DNA from: Deinococcales bacterium
GTDB lineage: Bacteria; Deinococcota; Deinococci; Deinococcales; JAAFIG01
DNA length: 28,479 nucleotides
Direction of reading: 5' to 3'
Assembly (NCBI GenBank): GCA_043778225.1
Contig: JAYWGM010000038.1
Span: 1 to 28,479 of the forward strand
Shown here: piece by piece, positions 1-8,846 of the stretch
Layout of the letters: each line of letters opens with the position of its first letter
Numbering within the stretch: position 1 is the first letter of the stretch
The notes under the pieces: generated by a model
Seen by the model: the letters and a program-made list of their open reading frames with translations, nothing else
Database searches by the model: none
What the model was told of the DNA's origin: nothing
Program-made: the position numbers and the translations under genes

Positions 1-98
1 GACTTTGAGGGTTTACCGAGTACAACCGAATCTTGGGCTTATTTGGCGAATATTCAGTTGATTTTGAGACGTTTTGACACTTTATAAACACGCTCTAA
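1..98 (+). mobile_element. Right end of an IS5-family (IS1031-like) element: transposase C-terminus (1-87), right terminal IR ending at 95, TAA target site 96-98
   Basis: Frame 1 reads DFEGLPSTTESWAYLANIQLILRRFDTL*, matching the IS1031-group tail (D[YF]ExLPxTxE[AS]WxYLAxIxLxLRR). The end reverse-complements to GAGCGTGTTTATAAAGT (GAG terminus) and is followed by TAA, a TWA-type target. Confidence 0.8.
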
Positions 99-141
99 GT
101 TCGTCGGGGTTGCAGTCTAATCGTAATGCTAAACTGCTTCA

Positions 142-318
142 ATGAGTCCTGAAACATCCCAACGAATGACTACCCAAGAGATTTTTGACTTGTTAAAAGC
201 TGAAAACTTACAAACCCAAACGGGACGTATTGAGGTATTTTTTGCTGGAATTACACTGCTGGTCAAAGATAAAAGCTATGAAGCGCACTTGCAAACGAGT
301 ATTGACTCGGCTGAATAG
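142..318 (+). pseudogene. Internally deleted NlaIV/NgoBV-family type II restriction endonuclease remnant (58 aa)
   Basis: MSPETSQRMTTQEIFDLLKAENLQTQTGRIEVFFAGITLLVKDKS|YEAHLQTSIDSAE*. The N-terminal part resembles the NgoBV/NlaIV N-terminus as I recall it (LTAQQIFDKL...GQIRFFLGDVDIIVKQKD). TAAACT lies 6 nt before the ATG, and the ORF converges on an NlaIV-like methyltransferase. Confidence 0.7.
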
Positions 319-1606
319 GTATGTTCGGAATCGGTAAAATTAAGCGCTCTGCAATGGCTTTTACAACAGGAACAGCCACAGAATTACCGAGTAAGTCACA
401 ACTGATATTTTCTCCAACCAGCATTTGGTAATCATCTGGAAAACCATTCAAGCGCAACCCTTCTCGAATGCTTAAACGCCGTAGACCTCGAGTATCCAAA
501 ACTGCTATTCGACTCATGTCAGTTGCCACTAAGGTTGGACAAATTCCATTTGGGTCAAGAATTTTATTGATTTCAAAACTAAGTTTACCAACCACAATGT
601 TATAGCCTTTTTCTAAGTCCAGACGCGGTTGGCGCTTTTGCACTTCACCTGTTTTTATCAGGTCTTTAGGATGCTCAAACTCGAGGTAGCCTTTTTGCAC
701 AAGGTCATCAAGCAGTTCTTGCAAGTTAAATTGGTCAAATAGCCCTTGGGAATAAAAAAAAGTCGAAATTTCCTCGAGTGTTAAAGGCATTCCATCCATC
801 CAAGTGATACCTTTTTGAATTGCCCAGTGGCGCTTACGGCGTTCACGCAGCAACATCTCGAGCAGGCGTTTTTGAATAACCGAAACATCGCCTTTGAGTT
901 CTAAGTCCCAACTGTGGATATTATCTGCTCCACCACGTTTATCTTTGATACTTTTGCCGTATAAATCTTTGGGTCTATAATGCTTAAAAACTTTTTGGGT
1001 AAAAGCCGAATCCAAAACAGGTAAGCCAGTCTCGAGTAAATCACCGAGTCGTTTGAGTGGCACAGCTTCAAACTCGAGCGCAATAGCTTGCTGCAAATGC
1101 CCGAGGATAAAAATGCGTTTGCGTTCTTGCGGCACACCAAAATCTAGCGCATTCAAAACTTTCCAAGTGACTTGATAACCCAATTGCTCGAGAACCGCCA
1201 AAATGGTTTTGAGGGTGCGCCCTTGGTCATGGGCTACAAGTCCTTCGACATTTTCAAGCAGAAAACCAAGTGGTTTTTTTATCTCGAGAATGCGTTGAAT
1301 CTCAAAAAACAGTGTTCCTCGAGTATCCAAAAACCCTAGGCGTTGCCCTGCGCTGCTAAACGGCTGGCACGGAAAACCAGCCAGTAAATAATCAAAATCT
1401 GGAATGTCAGCCGCCACAATTTGTGTAATATCGCCTTGTATGGTTTCTTGGGCAAAATTTTGTTGATACGTTTGAATGGCTGATGCCTTAATTTCAGAAG
1501 TTAAAACATATTCGGTTTCTATATCCAAGGCTCGAGCCGCTTGCTCAAAGCCAAGGCGAATTCCTCCTATGCCCGCGAATAAATCTATAAAGCGAATTCT
1601 TTTCAT
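263..1606 (-). CDS. DNA (cytosine-5)-methyltransferase, M.NlaIV/M.NgoBV-like (predicted GGNNCC specificity)
   Basis: Motif I FIDLFAGIGG, motif IV AGFPCQPFS, VI ENVEGL, VIII PQERKRIF, X LGNSVAVPV. The variable region LYGKSIKDKRGGADNIHSWDLELKG is characteristic of the NlaIV/NgoBV methyltransferase group. Confidence 0.95.
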   Translation of the reverse strand: MKRIRFIDLFAGIGGIRLGFEQAARALDIETEYVLTSEIKASAIQTYQQNFAQETIQGDITQIVAADIPDFDYLLAGFPCQPFSSAGQRLGFLDTRGTLFFEIQRILEIKKPLGFLLENVEGLVAHDQGRTLKTILAVLEQLGYQVTWKVLNALDFGVPQERKRIFILGHLQQAIALEFEAVPLKRLGDLLETGLPVLDSAFTQKVFKHYRPKDLYGKSIKDKRGGADNIHSWDLELKGDVSVIQKRLLEMLLRERRKRHWAIQKGITWMDGMPLTLEEISTFFYSQGLFDQFNLQELLDDLVQKGYLEFEHPKDLIKTGEVQKRQPRLDLEKGYNIVVGKLSFEINKILDPNGICPTLVATDMSRIAVLDTRGLRRLSIREGLRLNGFPDDYQMLVGENISCDLLGNSVAVPVVKAIAERLILPIPNIPIQPSQYSFASALHSFYL

Positions 1607-1679
1607 AACGACCTTATAAGCATATTTTGATTCTAACCTACAGTATCTTTTGTTGACTTATTTTTATACATCTGTTCGT

Positions 1680-2519
1680 TTAAGTCACGAGCTTTAGCGC
1701 ACTTGCAAAGCACTTTTTGCCGATTCCAGCCAATTGCCATGACTCGAGCCAACGGTCTGATTCTTCGACATAAACATTATTTGCATCTGGGAAAACTCGA
1801 GCATAATTGATACTTGGGTGAAGTAATTCTGGAACAAACGAAAGCACTTCGTCTGGGGCAGCCGTACTTAAAAATCCCTGCATGGCTCGAGTCCAGACTT
1901 GCTCAAAAACAGCAATGTGACGTTCCATGTTTGGGGTATTCAATCCCACTTGAATACTGCCGCTATCCCCTATTCGCGCATGAATATAGCGCACTCGGTC
2001 TAACACAGGAGCAATAAACTCGAGTTTAGCCTCCATATCGCCGTAGACCCACTCGAGTCCCGTGTACCAATGGCTAAAATCAAGGTTAAATCGCAAATCT
2101 GGGAATACTTTTGCGGCTTGGACGGTGCGCCAAGCATCTTGGGTGATGGTGGCGCGGTGCGTTTCGATATACATGGGAATTTGGTGTTTTTGAGTTGCAT
2201 CGAGAATAGCCCGTAATAAAGCATCCATTTGCAGGTCGTCTTCAAAGCCTGTACCAACGTGAATGGTGACTGCTTCGGCTTTGGAAAGAACAGCCGCTCG
2301 AGCCACGGCATCAGCATCTTTGGGGTGGCGCACTGCTCCACCATCGGTAAAACGCAGTCCTGCCGCTCGAATCAAATCTGGGTCGCCACCTTGCACGCCA
2401 GTGTAGCCTTGGGCAGCAATCATCTCGAGGCGTTCAGCATCGGTTTTTCGGCTACCACTCGAGGACTCGGGTAAGTGCAGTAAGCTGCTCCAGTTTATCT
2501 CGAGTTGTAGACTGTTCAT
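1680..2519 (-). CDS. Sugar phosphate isomerase/epimerase-like TIM-barrel protein (xylose isomerase-like superfamily)
   Basis: Metal-ligand pattern IETHRATITQD, LDFSHW, YIHARIG, FVPELL. TAAGAT lies 6 nt upstream of the ATG. Confidence 0.8.
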   Translation of the reverse strand: MNSLQLEINWSSLLHLPESSSGSRKTDAERLEMIAAQGYTGVQGGDPDLIRAAGLRFTDGGAVRHPKDADAVARAAVLSKAEAVTIHVGTGFEDDLQMDALLRAILDATQKHQIPMYIETHRATITQDAWRTVQAAKVFPDLRFNLDFSHWYTGLEWVYGDMEAKLEFIAPVLDRVRYIHARIGDSGSIQVGLNTPNMERHIAVFEQVWTRAMQGFLSTAAPDEVLSFVPELLHPSINYARVFPDANNVYVEESDRWLESWQLAGIGKKCFASALKLVT

Positions 2520-2537
2520 AAGGGTATCTTACCAGCC

Positions 2538-3398
2538 TTACTTCAAGAATTCTTGGGCTTTTTTTGGCTGCATTGGAAATTGTGTTCCCATAATCGCATC
2601 CCAAACCCTGTCCGAAACCATACGGCGTAGACTCGAGAAAATGATGGCACTGAGTCCGACTTTGTAGCGGGTTCTTGGTTTTCGCGCTTGGACAGCCGCA
2701 AAAATAACTTTGGCTACAGCCTCAGGTTTGATAATTCCAGCATTAGAATTGGCTTGAAACATAGTTTGCGTGGTTTTTAGATGATTTTCTTTGAAGTAGG
2801 CATAGGGGCTGCTCGAGCCAGTTTTGGGCATGACCGCCGCAATTTTCTTATCGAATTCGGTATAGACCCCCGTGGGTTGAATCAGGCAAACATCTATCCC
2901 AAAACCCTGAACTTCAAAACGCAGCGCATCGGTGATGCTCTCGAGCGCCCATTTACTGGCATGGTACGCGCCAGCCCCAGGAGCGGTGAATGTGCCACCA
3001 ATCGAACCAACATTGATGATTCGCCCAGATTGAGAAGCCCGCATGGTTGGCAGTACCAGTTGGGTCAGGCGGACTAGCCCGAAGACATTGGTTTCAAATT
3101 GATGGCGCAATTTTTCTAACTCGAGTTCTTCGATGGGTCCGTTTAAGCCGTAACCGGCATTGTTGACCAGCACATCTATTTTGCCATGTTGCTCGAGGAT
3201 GGTTTGCACCGCTTTTTGCATTGAAGTTTCTGAGGTGACATCCAATTCAAGGATTTGACAACCAATTTTTTGCAGTGAGGCTAGGGTCTCGAGTTTTCTC
3301 GAGGTAGCGTAAACCACAAAGCCCTTTTGTTGAAAGTATTCGGCAGTGGCACGTCCGATGCCAGTGGCTGCTCCGGTGATTAAAACTATTTTTTGCAT
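2538..3398 (-). CDS. SDR family NAD(P)-dependent oxidoreductase
   Basis: TGAATGIG, LVNNAGYG and the catalytic YHASK (YxxxK) motif; AGGAG ribosome-binding site. Confidence 0.95.
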   Translation of the reverse strand: MQKIVLITGAATGIGRATAEYFQQKGFVVYATSRKLETLASLQKIGCQILELDVTSETSMQKAVQTILEQHGKIDVLVNNAGYGLNGPIEELELEKLRHQFETNVFGLVRLTQLVLPTMRASQSGRIINVGSIGGTFTAPGAGAYHASKWALESITDALRFEVQGFGIDVCLIQPTGVYTEFDKKIAAVMPKTGSSSPYAYFKENHLKTTQTMFQANSNAGIIKPEAVAKVIFAAVQARKPRTRYKVGLSAIIFSSLRRMVSDRVWDAIMGTQFPMQPKKAQEFLK

Positions 3399-3410
3399 GA
3401 GAATCTCTCC

Positions 3411-3478
3411 TAAGTAAACAAATGTTTACTTATAAAATCTAACTCGAGTTGCACAGTTTGTCAACAGGTGTTTACAAA
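3411..3478. promoter_or_regulatory. Two putative TetR operators (GT[AC]AACA-N2-TGTTTAC) between the divergent SDR and tetR genes
   Basis: Perfect palindrome TAAGTAAACA-AA-TGTTTACTTA at 3411-3432 and near-perfect TTTGTCAACA-GG-TGTTTACAAA at 3457-3478. Confidence 0.8.
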
Positions 3479-3486
3479 TGTACAAT
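3458..3486 (+). promoter_or_regulatory. Sigma70-type promoter of tetR (leaderless)
   Basis: TTGTCA (3458-3463), 17 nt spacer, TACAAT (3481-3486), ATG 7 nt later with no SD; overlaps the second operator. Confidence 0.7.
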
Positions 3487-3493
3487 CTGACTT

Positions 3494-4045
3494 ATGCCCG
3501 AAGCCAAACCACGCAATGCCAGCACCACTCGAGCCACGATTCTTATGGCAGCCAGAAGTTTATTTGCCCAAAGTGGTTACGACGGCATTAGCTTGCGCGA
3601 CATTGCCACCAAAGCCGATTGCAACGTTGCCTTGGTCTCGAGGTACTTTGGCTCTAAGGACGAGCTTTTTCGTGAAGCTGTTTCGGAAGGATTCAATCTT
3701 TCAGACATTGCCAGCAGCCACCGCCAAGACTTTGGGCAAAACATGGCGCGTTACATTCTTTCTAAGCGCCAACGCGGGGCGCTTGAGCCACTGCAAGCCC
3801 TCCTGCGAAGCACCAGCAACCCCAGCGCTACAGCCCTCATGCAGAACATCCTCGAGACCGAATTTATAACCCCACTGGCGATTTGGTTGGGTGGTGATAA
3901 TACCAAACTTCGGGCTGCGACCATTGCTGCGATTCTGATTGGGGTTGCCACCACCCGGGATATTCTCGAGAGTCCAAGTCTAACCAAACCAAGTGTAGAA
4001 AAAAATGTTGAAGTTCTCGCGCCGTTGCTTCAAGCCTTAGTTTAA
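3494..4045 (+). CDS. TetR/AcrR family transcriptional regulator
   Basis: TRATILMAARSLFAQSGYDGISLRDIATKADCNVALVSRYFGSKDELF is a canonical TetR HTH. Confidence 0.95.
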   Translation: MPEAKPRNASTTRATILMAARSLFAQSGYDGISLRDIATKADCNVALVSRYFGSKDELFREAVSEGFNLSDIASSHRQDFGQNMARYILSKRQRGALEPLQALLRSTSNPSATALMQNILETEFITPLAIWLGGDNTKLRAATIAAILIGVATTRDILESPSLTKPSVEKNVEVLAPLLQALV

Positions 4046-4151
4046 GTTACCAGCCAGCAGTCGAGAATGTATTGTATTCATTCGGCCTAATGTAAAGCAA
4101 AAAATCACCTGAGTTGGCTACGAAATTCAGTTACACTGCTTGAGGGGAATT

Positions 4152-6659
4152 ATGAACCAACAACAAGAATCTGTGGAAACAACAGAAAATATCAAAGCAG
4201 TACCAAAACAGGCAAATCCATGGGTAAGTTTTTTCCTAATCATCATCTTTTTTGTTATCATCAGTCTTACTCCCGCGAAAGAGTTTTTATCAAGCATCAC
4301 AGGTGGCGCGTGGGCGTTAGCACCTCAAAATCCTATCTTAATGATTTTACTGTTCTTTTTGTCGTTTTATCCTGCCGTAGCCATCCATGAACTTGGGCAT
4401 TGGGCATTCGGTTATGCCAATGGTTTTAAGCCAATGGGACTCATTCTGTACCCATTTCACTGGTATCGAACCAAGAAAGGTTGGCGTTGGCAACAACTGC
4501 CGAACACACCAAGCGGTGGTGGTATGGCAATGATGTACCCAAGTCACTTTACCCAATTACGCCAACGTTTACTTTGGTTTATCGCAGGTGCAGGTATTAC
4601 CAATATTCTTATTGGATTGATTTGTTTAATTATTGCCAATATGTTAGCTGTAGGTTTTAAGGGAGAGCCAACAGCTTTGGGTCATCCTGCTTTTTACTTA
4701 GCATTTTTTGGCTTCATTTCAATTTACACTGGCATCAGTGCTTTTATTCCAAAATCGTATCAGCAGCATGGTTATCAAGGCATAATGAGTGATGGAAAAC
4801 GCATTCAGAGACTATGGACACAACAAGACATCTCGAGCGAATTGGCTTCAGTACAAATTGATGGTTTAATTTATCAGGGACAACGCCCTCGAGACTGGTC
4901 TGAACAACTAATAGCCCAAATCAATCCTATGGCTATAAGTAACTCAATTGATGTTGTGGCTCTACAGTATTACTACTACGCCATGCTCGATAAGAGTGAA
5001 TTTAAGGCAGCCAAAGCCAGCCTTGAGCGCTTAGAATCACATCTTGATTTTGTTCCTGAATATGTGAGAAGCGAAATTCTATTTGAAGCCACTTTTTTTG
5101 CAGCACACCACGAAAAAGATTCTATTAGAGCCAACGAATTATTTAACCGCGCTCAAGCCATTCAAAGATTTAGTGATACAACCCACCAACGCGCCGAGGC
5201 TGCTTTGCATTGGCTCGAGAATCGTCCTGCACAAGCCCATGCTGCCTTTAAAAAAATCATTATAAGTCTAGATAATCGGCTGGATATTGGTTTAGCACAG
5301 GCTGAACGCGATTGGCTTGCGCCTTTGATAGCAGAAGCGGCGTTTGCAAACAACAAACCACTCGAGCCATACACAGAACAAAGTACACAATCACGCCAAA
5401 CTTTCAATCTCAATGGAATAGTTTGGTTGATTTTGGGTGGTTTACTTTTGTTTTCAATTGGAAATGCAATTCCATTTTTACAAACCCCAGAAATTCAAGC
5501 TAATGACCAAGCCTTTACTAAAGTCTGGAAAAGCCTTGGTTATGTAACCACAACTTTTCTCGCCATCTTGATTACCTTACCGTTCGCCAATTTTATCACT
5601 CGAGTCAGCTACGTGCTGTCTGGTGTCCAAGCTGGTTTTTTGTTTGGCTCATTACAAATTATTGCTTATTTTAGAATTTTTAGAAAAAACAACAGTTTTA
5701 GACTTGGCACTTTTGTGGTTTCAGGTTTACTGGGAGAAACAGGTGCTTTGGTCGCTCGAGATGGCTTAGATGTTCGCAAAGGCTTACAAAAAACCCTTTG
5801 GGGAACTTGGCTGACAATTGTGCTTACGGCATTGATTGGATTTGGATTCCAATGGCTTGTCGAGAGCGATTTATGGTTAGAAACCATTGCTGCTAGGCTT
5901 CAACCATTGTACCAACCAGAAGACCCAACGCCGCTTCGGATTGTAGCAACTATTTTTTTGATTTTACTGTTCGTTCCACTTGGTTTAATCATTATTGCTA
6001 TTGGTTGGTTATGTTCTTTTTTTGGTTGGCATATTTTTCATGGTGGTTGGCGGCTGGCAGTATTATCCAGAGATGGACAAGAGGCAAAACGAGAAGCGGC
6101 TCGTGCCATGTTGCTTGGCGCAGCAACCAATGGAATTCGTCCTCGAGATTGGTCTACGACATGGCTTGAACAAGTCACAGACGGTGAACCATTGGTCGCC
6201 CGAGATGTGCATATGCTGATTTGTGCTTATCTGGCAGCCCTTGACCATAATCAAATAGATAAGGCTCGAGGGTATTTAGAACGAGCTAGTGCTGCAAGCA
6301 GCTTACTATTCTTTCCCTACAATCAGGCTTTGCAACTTGAGCAAATCTATTACACCGCTTGGTACGCCAAAGATGCTGTGACTGCTCGTCAGATGCTCAA
6401 GAACGAAACAAATGTTCGCAATGACCAAGCAAGTTTTCAACGTGTTCTTGCGGCGTTATACTTTGCGGAGGGTAAAACACTTCAAGCTAGAAAAGCCATT
6501 GCAGAAGCTCGAGCCACCTTACCAAAATCTCAACATTCAGGGGTTGCAATTGCCGAATCAGATTGGTTGAATCAAATTGAAGCGGCTGTTTTGGAACTTG
6601 AATCCATAAGCGCTCACCAGCCAACACTCAAAAAACAAACGTCCAGTACATTGCACTAA
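4152..6659 (+). CDS. Membrane M50 (site-2 protease-like) metallopeptidase with an internal tandem duplication; each half has a helical TPR-like C-domain
   Basis: HELGH within a hydrophobic segment, IAGAGITN, SDG. The RPRDW...AE[RS]DWL block occurs twice. Start ATG 4152 follows a GAGGGG SD. Confidence 0.8.
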   Translation: MNQQQESVETTENIKAVPKQANPWVSFFLIIIFFVIISLTPAKEFLSSITGGAWALAPQNPILMILLFFLSFYPAVAIHELGHWAFGYANGFKPMGLILYPFHWYRTKKGWRWQQLPNTPSGGGMAMMYPSHFTQLRQRLLWFIAGAGITNILIGLICLIIANMLAVGFKGEPTALGHPAFYLAFFGFISIYTGISAFIPKSYQQHGYQGIMSDGKRIQRLWTQQDISSELASVQIDGLIYQGQRPRDWSEQLIAQINPMAISNSIDVVALQYYYYAMLDKSEFKAAKASLERLESHLDFVPEYVRSEILFEATFFAAHHEKDSIRANELFNRAQAIQRFSDTTHQRAEAALHWLENRPAQAHAAFKKIIISLDNRLDIGLAQAERDWLAPLIAEAAFANNKPLEPYTEQSTQSRQTFNLNGIVWLILGGLLLFSIGNAIPFLQTPEIQANDQAFTKVWKSLGYVTTTFLAILITLPFANFITRVSYVLSGVQAGFLFGSLQIIAYFRIFRKNNSFRLGTFVVSGLLGETGALVARDGLDVRKGLQKTLWGTWLTIVLTALIGFGFQWLVESDLWLETIAARLQPLYQPEDPTPLRIVATIFLILLFVPLGLIIIAIGWLCSFFGWHIFHGGWRLAVLSRDGQEAKREAARAMLLGAATNGIRPRDWSTTWLEQVTDGEPLVARDVHMLICAYLAALDHNQIDKARGYLERASAASSLLFFPYNQALQLEQIYYTAWYAKDAVTARQMLKNETNVRNDQASFQRVLAALYFAEGKTLQARKAIAEARATLPKSQHSGVAIAESDWLNQIEAAVLELESISAHQPTLKKQTSSTLH

Positions 6660-6665
6660 AGCCAC

Positions 6666-6941
6666 CTACCGATTTCGTGCTGTGTGAATTACACCGATGA
6701 TGTCAATTCTATTCTTACGCACAACATAAATAATTCGGTAAGGAGAGACCAGTAACTCACGGACATTTGGGTCTTCGTACTCAGGAACTTCACGTCCCAT
6801 TTCGGGGAAATCCCCCAAGCCATCGGCACGCAGCACCAATTTATCAACCATGCGCCGTGCATAAAGTTCGCTTTGTGGTTCAATATGATCATAAATTCGT
6901 TGCAAATGTTGTTTCGCAACATCTGTCCACGCTACTGTCAT
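6666..6941 (-). CDS. Type II toxin-antitoxin RelE/ParE family toxin
   Basis: VAWTDVAKQHLQRIYDHI...LGDFPEMGREVPE...VRELLVSPYRIIY...IDIIGVIHTAR. Confidence 0.9.
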   Translation of the reverse strand: MTVAWTDVAKQHLQRIYDHIEPQSELYARRMVDKLVLRADGLGDFPEMGREVPEYEDPNVRELLVSPYRIIYVVRKNRIDIIGVIHTARNR

Positions 6942-7120
6942 GGTCGAGCAATTCCAAAATGCGCTCGAATGGCTGCACTCGAATGAACCCGATCATTTCG
7001 GCTGTCCTCTAGTCCTTGCTCAATGACTTCTCGGACATAAATTTGGTACATTAAATCTTCCCATGTTCCATCTTCTGGAAGGTTTTCGACCAATTGATGG
7101 GCTGTTTCTTTAATGTTCAT
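6938..7120 (-). CDS. Putative antitoxin of the RelE/ParE pair
   Basis: Acidic 60 aa protein (LVENLPEDGTWEDLMYQIYVREVIEQGLEDS) whose stop overlaps the toxin start (ATGA). Confidence 0.85.
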   Translation of the reverse strand: MNIKETAHQLVENLPEDGTWEDLMYQIYVREVIEQGLEDSRNDRVHSSAAIRAHFGIARP

Positions 7121-7155
7121 ACTTTAGTCTAGCCCTTGAATTGGGTTTGTACAAG

Positions 7156-7590
7156 TTACCAGCCAACACTCGAGAAACGAATCCCGAAACTAATTTTTTC
7201 AACTGCCTCACGCACATAATCCACCATGGTTGCTGGTAATGTTTCATGCCATTTTACAGAACTGTGCTTATCTTGCTCGAGCAAAGTTGGTGTGCCAGTC
7301 CAACTTGAGGCACAAAAATACACGCCAAGCCATTCGCTGCCAACTCGTCCTGTTTTGTGGTGTTGCAAATGCACCAACTCGAGGTTTTCGGGTTTGACCA
7401 CCAGACCAGTTTCCTCGAGTAATTCGCGTGCCGCCGCTTCGGGCAAGGTTTGTCCGCCATCGTGTCGTCCGGCGGGTAAACTCCATTTGTTGTCCTGCCA
7501 ACCTGTGTTGCTGCGGTGCAAAAGCAGGATGCTCGAGCCTTGGCGCACAAGAATATAAACACTGATATTGAGGTAAAATTCTGGGTTCAC
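7156..7590 (-). CDS. NUDIX hydrolase
   Basis: Nudix box GRHDGGQTLPEAAARELLEETGL. Start moved to GTG 7590 because TACAAT lies 6 nt upstream. Confidence 0.9.
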   Translation of the reverse strand: MNPEFYLNISVYILVRQGSSILLLHRSNTGWQDNKWSLPAGRHDGGQTLPEAAARELLEETGLVVKPENLELVHLQHHKTGRVGSEWLGVYFCASSWTGTPTLLEQDKHSSVKWHETLPATMVDYVREAVEKISFGIRFSSVGW

Positions 7591-7685
7591 TCGGGTATTG
7601 TACATGGGTTTTTGGGGTAAACAGTACAGAACAAAAAATAAGGAAGCACAATAAATTTCATCTTTGTTTTGGCTATGCTGTGTGT

Positions 7686-8795
7686 ATGAAAAGACTTGGC
7701 TTGGCAGTTTTGGCGTTTACAGGTTTGGTTTTCGCGCAGCAAAGCAGCTATAAAACAACCACCATCGTGCGCGGACTCGAGAATCCGTGGGGCATGGCAT
7801 GGTTGCCCAGTGGCGAGATGCTGATTACTGAACGGATTGGGCGGTTGCGGCTGGTCAAAGGCGATAAACTCGAGGCAAATGCTATTCGTGGTGTGCCAAG
7901 TGTTTTAGCGCTTGGACAAGGTGGCTTGATGGATGTGGCGCTGCATCCCAAATTTGCTCAGAATCGTTTGGTTTATTTGTCGTATTCACATGGCACAAAC
8001 AACGCCAACCGAACTCGAGTGGCACGCGGCGTGTTTGATGGCTCAAGTCTAAGTGAAGTCAAAGTCGTCTTTGAAGTTACCCAAGCCAAAGCTGGTGGAC
8101 AGCATTTCGGCTCGAGGTTACAGTTTTTGCCCGACAACACCCTGCTGATTTCGACCGGTGATGGCGGCAATCCGCCAGCCAGTCTCGAGAATGGTTTTAT
8201 TCGTTTGCAAGCCCAGAATTTAACCAGTCGTCTCGGCAAAATTAGTCGCATTAACGATGACGGCAGCCTCCCTAAGGACAATCCGTTTGTGACCAATAAA
8301 AATGCCGATGGTGTGGTTTTTAGCCTCGGACATCGCAACATCCAAGGCTTAACTTATGACCCAATCAACAAACGCATCTGGGCGACCGAACACGGCTCGA
8401 AGGGTGGCGATGAGGTCAACCTGATTCTGAAAGGCGAGAATTTTGGCTGGCCCGTGGCTTCGCACAGCAACGAGTATTTTGGACCGCCAGTCTCGCAAAA
8501 TAAAAGTTTGCCGGGGATGCTCGACCCAAAACTGATTTGGACTCCGAGTATCGCGCCGTCCGGTTTAACGGTCTATAACGGCGATAAATTTCCTGCTTGG
8601 AAAGGCAATTTGTTTGCTGGGGCATTGGCTGGAACAGCCATTCATCGGCTCGAGGTCAGTGCTACTGGAGCGATTACCAAAGAACAGATTCTCGAGATGC
8701 CAACCCGAATTCGGGATGTTCGTGCTGGACCAGACGGGTTTTTATACATCCTGACCGATGAACGCGATGGACAATTGATTCGCCTCTCGCCTTGA
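7686..8795 (+). CDS. PQQ-dependent soluble sugar (aldose/glucose-sorbosone) dehydrogenase, secreted
   Basis: Signal peptide; GLENPWGMAWLP, GQGGLMDV, HFGSRL, LGHRNIQGL, EHGSKGGDEVN, RIRDV. TATGCT lies 6 nt before ATG 7686. Confidence 0.93.
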   Translation: MKRLGLAVLAFTGLVFAQQSSYKTTTIVRGLENPWGMAWLPSGEMLITERIGRLRLVKGDKLEANAIRGVPSVLALGQGGLMDVALHPKFAQNRLVYLSYSHGTNNANRTRVARGVFDGSSLSEVKVVFEVTQAKAGGQHFGSRLQFLPDNTLLISTGDGGNPPASLENGFIRLQAQNLTSRLGKISRINDDGSLPKDNPFVTNKNADGVVFSLGHRNIQGLTYDPINKRIWATEHGSKGGDEVNLILKGENFGWPVASHSNEYFGPPVSQNKSLPGMLDPKLIWTPSIAPSGLTVYNGDKFPAWKGNLFAGALAGTAIHRLEVSATGAITKEQILEMPTRIRDVRAGPDGFLYILTDERDGQLIRLSP

Positions 8796-8800
8796 GAAAC

Positions 8801-8842
8801 AAATCAATATCCTCGAGCCGCATGACTCGAGGATATTGATTT
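8801..8842. terminator. Bidirectional intrinsic terminator between convergent genes
   Basis: 17-bp perfect inverted repeat AAATCAATATCCTCGAG / CTCGAGGATATTGATTT with an 8-nt loop. Confidence 0.8.
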
Positions 8843-8846
8843 ATAT

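Noticed and set aside
263..1606. The C5 methyltransferase as the cognate enzyme behind the CTCGAG enrichment
   Set aside because: Its variable region looks M.NlaIV/NgoBV-like (GGNNCC) and it sits beside a matching endonuclease remnant; nothing links it to CTCGAG.
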